Assembly: GCA_009692825.1 (NCBI GenBank)
Contig: SHYL01000003.1
Coordinates: forward strand, 1 to 57,261
DNA length: 57,261 nucleotides
Direction: 5' to 3'
Source: Dehalococcoidia bacterium
Lineage (GTDB): Bacteria > Chloroflexota > Dehalococcoidia > SHYB01 > SHYL01
This document shows, piece by piece, positions 51,850 to 57,261 of the stretch (within the stretch, counting starts at the first letter, position 1; each line of letters starts with the position of its first letter). The translations under genes were made by a program, and so were the position numbers. The notes beneath the pieces are model-generated. The model had not been told where the DNA came from. It saw only the letters and a program-made list of their open reading frames with translations, and ran no database searches.

Positions 51850-52500
51850 ATGGCCTCCACAACCAGCAGCATTGAAGTTATTGACCTCGGGCTGATCAGC
51901 TACCCTGATGCCTTGCAGCTCCAGTACAAGCGCAGAGACGAGCGCTTGGCCGGCTTAGCACCTAACACTTTATTCCTGCTTGAACACCCGCCTACGGTTA
52001 CGGTCGCCCGCGCCAGCAGCTTTGACGGCGCACCCTTCACCGAAGACGAGTTAAAAACCAAGGGCTTAAGCGTATATAAGACTGAACGCGGCGGCATGAC
52101 TACGTACCATGGCCCCGGGCAAATCGTTGGGTATGTCATCCTCGATATAAGCCAGATGGCTATGAAAGTTCACGAGTTGATGAGGCGTCTTGAGCAGACT
52201 GTCATCGATACATTGCGCCCCCTTAATATCAACGCCGGAAGACTTGATGCATATCCGGGTGTGTGGGTGGACGGCGAACGTAAGATTGCGGCAGTGGGAG
52301 TCCATCTGCGGCGTTGGGTTACGATACACGGCTTCGCTCTGAACGTTTCGCCAGACATGAGTCACTTTGAAGCGATAGTTCCGTGCGGCATAACCGATAA
52401 AGGCGTTACTTCTATACAGAAAGAGCTTGGTAAAGCTCCAGGTATTGGAGAAATGAAAATATTGCTCGCGGAGAATTTCTCAAAGAATTTTCAACGTTAG
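51850..52500 (+). CDS. lipB: Octanoyltransferase (lipoate biosynthesis)
   Basis: LLEHPP, RGG.TTYHGPGQIVGY, KIAAVGV, HGFALN, IVPCGI. Confidence 0.95.
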   Translation: MASTTSSIEVIDLGLISYPDALQLQYKRRDERLAGLAPNTLFLLEHPPTVTVARASSFDGAPFTEDELKTKGLSVYKTERGGMTTYHGPGQIVGYVILDISQMAMKVHELMRRLEQTVIDTLRPLNINAGRLDAYPGVWVDGERKIAAVGVHLRRWVTIHGFALNVSPDMSHFEAIVPCGITDKGVTSIQKELGKAPGIGEMKILLAENFSKNFQR

Positions 52501-52512
52501 CTCTAGTTAAAG

Positions 52513-52541
52513 AAAAAGCCTCCCGATTTGGGAGGCTTTTT
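52513..52541. terminator. Bidirectional intrinsic terminator between convergent lipB and htpX
   Basis: AAAAA-GCCTCCC-gattt-GGGAGGC-TTTTT. Confidence 0.9.
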
Positions 52542-52561
52542 AGTTTGAAAAGTTATTTGAT

Positions 52562-53425
52562 TTACCGTTTGCCCTGAGCCATTGCCCTCAGCCTTGCCAC
52601 GCGTTCCTTGATTGGAGGATGGGTGCTGAACAATGCTCCGATGTCGCCGCCCTTAAGGGGGTTCACTATGTACAGGTGAGACATGGCAGGGTTGACCTTC
52701 ATCGGTCTCTGCATCACGCCAGCCTCAAGTGTTTCCAGCGCTGACGCCAGCTCCAAAGGCATTTTGAATGTCTTTGCCGCGGACTCATCTGCGCCGTACT
52801 CGCGTGTCCTGGATATTGCCATCTGGATCAGCGCGGATATCAGCGGAGCCAGGATAATCGTTACTAGGAGCCCGATGATGCCAAGAGGGTTGCTGCCTTT
52901 GTCATCTCGGCCGCGCATGCCGCCGAAAATCATCGACCACTGCGCGATGGTCACCAGGAATCCTATAGCGCCTGCGAGCGTTGCAGCCATTGCGCTTGCA
53001 AGTGTGTCCCTGTTGCGCACATGGCTAAGCTCATGGGCGAATACAGCTTTGAGCTCCTGCCGCGGCATAAGCCGCATGATACCGCGTGTTGCCGCAACTG
53101 CTGCGTGGTTAGGGTTGCGCCCTGTAGCGAATGCATTCGGGGAATCGCTCTCGACCACATAGACCTTGGGCATGGGCATTTTGACCTGGTTAGCCAGTTC
53201 TCTGATGATTGAGTAAAGCTCAGGTTCCTGCTGCTCCGTCACTTTGTGAGCGCCGGTAGACATGAGGACCATGCTGTCTGAAAACCAGTATGAAAAGAAA
53301 TTCATTATGAATGCGAAAACCAGCGCTACGATTGCGCCGCCGTTACCGCCCAGCCGATAGCCCACTACCATAAGCAGGCCGGATAGGGCCGCCAGGAGCA
53401 TTGCGGTGCGAATATTAGTTGTCAT
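52562..53425 (-). CDS. htpX: Zinc metalloprotease HtpX
   Basis: PNAFATGRNP, AHELSHV (HExxH), ISRTREY.AD, FSTHPP...R. Confidence 0.96.
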   Translation of the reverse strand: MTTNIRTAMLLAALSGLLMVVGYRLGGNGGAIVALVFAFIMNFFSYWFSDSMVLMSTGAHKVTEQQEPELYSIIRELANQVKMPMPKVYVVESDSPNAFATGRNPNHAAVAATRGIMRLMPRQELKAVFAHELSHVRNRDTLASAMAATLAGAIGFLVTIAQWSMIFGGMRGRDDKGSNPLGIIGLLVTIILAPLISALIQMAISRTREYGADESAAKTFKMPLELASALETLEAGVMQRPMKVNPAMSHLYIVNPLKGGDIGALFSTHPPIKERVARLRAMAQGKR

Positions 53426-53560
53426 TTTTTGTGAACCTTCCTCGAAGGAGCCTCTCTATATTTACTACGGAGAGCGTTCGTAAATAGATTATATAGTGTT
53501 GACGGGTAAACATTACATTTTCACGCATAATTCGTTACCACCATTTGGCTTTTGTAAGTC

Positions 53561-53588
53561 TTGACTTTTAACTTGTCGCTTATATACT
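53561..53588 (+). promoter_or_regulatory. Probable promoter for the zinc-ribbon gene
   Basis: TTGACT-16 nt-TATACT. Confidence 0.5.
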
Positions 53589-53696
53589 TTCTCCCCGTGG
53601 CACAGTATCGGTTCAACGAAAACGGATTTCTTTTTCCACAGATGTCCAAGGCATCGAAGACCGCACTAGCCAAATCTTTTGGAAAGGAGGTCCTCG

Positions 53697-54026
53697 ATGG
53701 CTTACGTAGATAAGCAGATTACCTGTCAGGATTGCGGAAAGGCTTTTGCCTTCACAGCTTCCGAGCAGGATTTATTTGCACAAAAAGGTTACCAGAACGA
53801 TCCCAAGCGTTGCCCTGAGTGCAGAAATGCACGTAAGGACACACGCGTGGCAACATCTCCCGCAGGTGCCACGAGTAGCACAGGCCCCAGGCAGTTTTTC
53901 GCAGCCGTTTGCTCTTCATGCGGCGGTGAGGCCAGAGTGCCATTCCAGCCCCGCAACGACAAACCTGTGTATTGCAGCACTTGTTTCAGCAAGATCAAAC
54001 CTGCAAAGACAACAGTAGCTCACTAA
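53697..54026 (+). CDS. Zinc-ribbon / CxxC-x17-CxxC domain protein
   Basis: DKQITCQDCG..F.FT..EQ......GY.N.PKRCPECR and AVCSSCG..A.VPFQP..DKPVYCS.CF; SD AAAGGAGG. Confidence 0.9.
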   Translation: MAYVDKQITCQDCGKAFAFTASEQDLFAQKGYQNDPKRCPECRNARKDTRVATSPAGATSSTGPRQFFAAVCSSCGGEARVPFQPRNDKPVYCSTCFSKIKPAKTTVAH

Positions 54027-54047
54027 TTAATTAGAGAGAACGACTAG

Positions 54048-54074
54048 GGCTCTGGGTTTACCCGGAGCCTTTTT
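54048..54074 (+). terminator. Intrinsic terminator after the zinc-ribbon gene
   Basis: GGCTCTGGG-TTTA-CCCGGAGCC followed by TTTTT. Confidence 0.85.
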
Positions 54075-54138
54075 ATTGCTTTGAAATTTAGGTATTTTGT
54101 TCTACTAAAATTGGCCTAAAATACGTGCTAACACCCTA

Positions 54139-54167
54139 TTGACAGAATGCATTCCTATAAATAGACT
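54139..54167 (+). promoter_or_regulatory. Sigma70-type promoter upstream of the MFS gene
   Basis: TTGACA-17 nt-TAGACT. Confidence 0.65.
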
Positions 54168-54356
54168 TCACACAAAACCAACTTCGAACTTTGTTTGAAA
54201 TATTTGGATTGTTAGACCGTAGGCCTGTTCTTACTCTCTCCTGATTTGCACTGCCCGTTATTCTTTCGCATTCAAACCCATTTCCATCATGCGGATAGGC
54301 ACGCCTATTCTGTATTAGTCATTAGTTCTTAGTAGCAGTAGAGAGTGTATTTTTAT

Positions 54357-55883
54357 ATGGCACAGGCCACAGTCGTAAGATCGAAAGAGCTGTCCTTCTA
54401 CAAGAAATTCACGTCCGCGACAGCTACTGAGAAGGGCAAAGACAGTTGGTTTTATGCTTACGGCATATTCAACGCCTCTGCTATCAGTGTTGACACCCTT
54501 ATCGTTATCTTTACTACAGTCGTTATAGGCGCTGCGCCCGCACTCATAAGTGCCGTAGATGTACTGGACACCGTTGGCGCAGTGGCGTCGGCAGTGTTTT
54601 TCGGACGTCTTGTGGACCGCATGAAGAGCCTTCGTATATTCCTGACTTTTGCGTTTGGAATGATGGCCCTTTTTGCTGCCCTTCTGGCTATAAGCAACCA
54701 TGTCTTTGTCCTTATGGGTATAAGCCTTCTCTTCGGCTTTTTCATGGGTGCTCCCGCTCCCGCTACCGGAGTCCTGGTTACTAAATCAACTCCTCAGGCC
54801 GCATGGGCAGAGAAGTTTGGCCGGCTGAACAAGATATTCAGTCTTGGCGGAGGCCTGGGGCTGGCTTTCGGTATCGGCTGGCTGGCTGTTATGAGCGATA
54901 TCCTCGGCACCTCCATGGCAATGCGCTGGCTTTTCATCATATGCGGGCTATTTGCATTGATAGCATCATTCATGGCCTTCGCATTCATCAAAGATACAGG
55001 CAATCAGTCATTAGATATTATCGACCCTTTTGGCTTCTTGAGCAGGTTCAAGCCTACCGGGAAAGTGACCCCTCTCACTTTATTTCTTCTGCCGTTCAAG
55101 TTGATTTTCAGAACAATGATGTTCGTTCTGTCCATCCCTCAACGCATCGCAGCTTTCATCTTGAACATTCCGATATGGCTTTTGCAGACTCAGAGGTTCT
55201 TTAGAGAGATCCCTAACACGATAGAAAATGCGCTTTCTCAGTCTGAAGCCATGGTTCCGCAGCTTATCTACAGGCATAAGGCTAGGAACCTGGACCACCA
55301 CGTGAGAGGTGAAGCCAAGGAGTCCTTCAAAGAGAGCCTGATAATCTACTTCGCATCCACCCTCGCCTTGTATTTGAGCTTTGGCATGGCTAACACGATC
55401 ATGCCCATTTTCATCACACGCCACCTGGGAGCTCCCGGATTTGTAGCTGTTTTGGCTACTACTCTATTTGTCATCACCGCAACGTTCTCTTACGGATACA
55501 TATCCAGGGAGATTAACTACATAACCCCCATTCGAGTGCAGTCGCTTGCGATCGCGTTGCGGGCAATCGCTTTCGTTTGCATAGGGTTAGTTGGCGTAAT
55601 CATTCCGGGTGTTGGTGGCGTGGCTGTAGTCCTGGTACTTGTAGCGATCTCAGGTATATCAGCGGCTGCGTTAACGGTAGCTGGGACGATGCGGACCGCC
55701 CTGCTTGCGCCTGAGAGCAGACGTGGTGAGGCGATGGGGATACACACTTCGCTCACTCAGGCAGGCATCATCATCGGGTCGCTCTGCGGCGGCGCGCTTG
55801 CCCAGCAAATTGGCTTTGCACCAGTATTTGAAATAGCGGCGGTTTTATCCGTCGCAGCAATGGTAATGCTCTTAAAACTTTAG
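54357..55883 (+). CDS. MFS transporter with long central insertion
   Basis: Motif A-like FGRLVDRMK, about 12 TM helices in two halves, APESRRGEAMG, GIIIGSLCGG; start at MAQAT (alternative GTG 54345). Confidence 0.82.
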   Translation: MAQATVVRSKELSFYKKFTSATATEKGKDSWFYAYGIFNASAISVDTLIVIFTTVVIGAAPALISAVDVLDTVGAVASAVFFGRLVDRMKSLRIFLTFAFGMMALFAALLAISNHVFVLMGISLLFGFFMGAPAPATGVLVTKSTPQAAWAEKFGRLNKIFSLGGGLGLAFGIGWLAVMSDILGTSMAMRWLFIICGLFALIASFMAFAFIKDTGNQSLDIIDPFGFLSRFKPTGKVTPLTLFLLPFKLIFRTMMFVLSIPQRIAAFILNIPIWLLQTQRFFREIPNTIENALSQSEAMVPQLIYRHKARNLDHHVRGEAKESFKESLIIYFASTLALYLSFGMANTIMPIFITRHLGAPGFVAVLATTLFVITATFSYGYISREINYITPIRVQSLAIALRAIAFVCIGLVGVIIPGVGGVAVVLVLVAISGISAAALTVAGTMRTALLAPESRRGEAMGIHTSLTQAGIIIGSLCGGALAQQIGFAPVFEIAAVLSVAAMVMLLKL

Positions 55884-55901
55884 GAATAAACGGAGACTGT
55901 T

Positions 55902-56669
55902 ATGATCAACACCGCCACGCTTTTTGGAAATATCACAATAGCAGACCAGCCAGTCAGGGCGGCCCGAAAGGGACTTGGATGGCATAAAGCCATTCATGAC
56001 TTTTCGACTCATGTAAAGGCGCCACTCTTACCGAGGCTGCATTCGAACGTAGTGAGCCTGGCGAGCAAGGCGAACACAACCTTTGGCGGCGCTATGACAG
56101 CTTCCTCGTCGTTCGGGAAAGAAACGGCATCGAAGGCCAGGCGTAAGCTTCTCACGAAGTTCCCTATACCGGCGGAAATCAAATGGCACGAATCTCTTAG
56201 AATTCAGGCCATGGTCATACAGAGCAATCTTGAGGAGCTTGAATTCCGAATCGGCGCTACCGCGGCAATGGAGGTCCAGCAAGGTTCGATGTACCTTACC
56301 GGCAAGCGCTGGGTCCGCCAGCAGACGTCTCAGATGACGAACGGCCGCGCGGGCATCGATACGATGGCAGAAGTGCTTACACTAGCATTCAAATCGCTGG
56401 ATATATCGTCACGTGTAGAAGTTACTGATGACGGCGTGAGCGTTACAAACACTGCATGCCCTCTGATGGAATATGCCAAGAAGCACAAGTTCGACAGCGC
56501 CAAAATCTGCAAGATTTTCTGCGGGGATGAGCAATCCTTTTTCAAGGGCGTCAGCTACAGCTATCCCCTGGTAACCAACTATCGTGCAACCCAGATGATG
56601 GGCAAGGGCGACTTGCGCTGCAAAAAGACTTTCAACGTGCGAGAAAGACAGCTTGCGCTTGGGATTTGA
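55902..56669 (+). CDS. Hypothetical protein with C-terminal 4-Cys V4R/ATC-hydrolase-like domain
   Basis: ACPL...ICKIFC..E..FF...T.MMGKGD.RC.K.F pattern; SD GGAG. Confidence 0.6.
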   Translation: MINTATLFGNITIADQPVRAARKGLGWHKAIHDFSTHVKAPLLPRLHSNVVSLASKANTTFGGAMTASSSFGKETASKARRKLLTKFPIPAEIKWHESLRIQAMVIQSNLEELEFRIGATAAMEVQQGSMYLTGKRWVRQQTSQMTNGRAGIDTMAEVLTLAFKSLDISSRVEVTDDGVSVTNTACPLMEYAKKHKFDSAKICKIFCGDEQSFFKGVSYSYPLVTNYRATQMMGKGDLRCKKTFNVRERQLALGI

Positions 56670-56761
56670 TCAAATGACGGTTGCGGCGCGGCACACTTGT
56701 GCTGAATTTTTGATAGGCTTATCCTGTTAGCAAATTCACGTGTTTTGCTGCTGGAGGCGAT

Positions 56762-57261
56762 ATGGCAAAAATTGGCCGCTTGATCACTGCAATGGTGACA
56801 CCGTTCGATGCGCAGGGGAAGGTAGACCTTCGCCAGGCTAAACGGCTTGCAATTGCCCTCGTAGATTCCGGCAGCGATGGCGTTGTAGTGTCGGGCTCGA
56901 CGGGGGAAGCTCCGACTCTGACCACGGAAGAGAAGCTGGCACTGTTTACCGAGATTAAGGCCGCCGTGGGCAAAAAAGGTTCAGTTATAGCAGGCACCGG
57001 CAATTACTCCACCGAAGAAAGCGTTGAGCTTACGAAGCGGGCAGAGAAGACAGGCGTCGACGCGGTTCTATTGACGACTCCCTACTATAACAAGCCTACT
57101 CAGGAAGGTCTGTATCAGCACTTCTCAAATATCGCTAACAGCACGAAATTGCCTTGCATCCTATATAACATCCCAGGCCGCTCCGGTGTAGCGATATCTG
57201 GTGAGACAAGCGTCAGGTTGAGCCAGGTGCCGAACATCATCGGCACCAAGGACGCCGGATC
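56762..57261 (+). CDS. dapA: 4-hydroxy-tetrahydrodipicolinate synthase, 3'-truncated by window edge (absent from the ORF track)
   Basis: My translation: MAKIGRLITAMVTPF, GSTGEAPTL, VIAGTG, TPYYNKPTQEGLYQHF, LYNIPGR, IIGTKDA; SD GGAGG. Confidence 0.95.
   Translation, partial: MAKIGRLITAMVTPFDAQGKVDLRQAKRLAIALVDSGSDGVVVSGSTGEAPTLTTEEKLALFTEIKAAVGKKGSVIAGTGNYSTEESVELTKRAEKTGVDAVLLTTPYYNKPTQEGLYQHFSNIANSTKLPCILYNIPGRSGVAISGETSVRLSQVPNIIGTKDAG

Noticed and set aside
53426-53480. CIRCE element or RNA thermometer upstream of htpX
   Set aside because: No TTAGCACTC-N9-GAGTGCTAA; only a 5-bp hairpin (CCTTC-GAG-GAAGG) over the SD, too weak to support a call.
56670-56761. Lysine riboswitch upstream of dapA
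   Set aside because: The gap is only about 90 nt, too short, and lacks the consensus.
56719-57003. 94-aa minus-strand ORF
   Set aside because: It is antisense to the clearly recognisable dapA.

Overview
A compact, gene-dense piece of bacterial core chromosome with about 57 protein-coding genes. I found no rRNA, tRNA, CRISPR array, integrase or transposase. Gene content suggests Chloroflexota, probably Dehalococcoidia-like with respiratory metabolism (inference from the DUF2298/YYY glycosyltransferase fusion, tandem ThyX, PPOX-class F420 enzyme and pyruvate dehydrogenase). It contains: a PyrR-attenuated pyr operon (pyrR-pyrB-pyrC-carA-[UDG]-[GDPD]-carB), dapF/folK/miaA, hisS, a divergent MetF, a coaE-cbbQ-Nudix-cbbO-like operon with no Rubisco or NO reductase in the window, queF and queC/queE, speD-speB, a Gld-type ABC exporter cluster, thiN/cinA/trxB/rnd/tldD, a ChdC-like heme protein, the pdh/lpd/lipA/lipB block, htpX, a zinc-ribbon protein, an atypical MFS plus 4-Cys protein pair, and a truncated dapA. 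The best candidate for an undescribed system is the orphan CbbQ/CbbO-type AAA+/VWA module, which has an N-terminal helical-repeat array and is interleaved with CoA-making and CoA-cleaving enzymes. Other notable signals: an apparently obligatory CTG start for lpdA, several leaderless promoter layouts, a Cys-less glutaredoxin, an Fn3-like insert in a DUF4340-like protein, and a SpeD that may be an arginine decarboxylase. All family calls come from motif recognition by eye; no database search was run.
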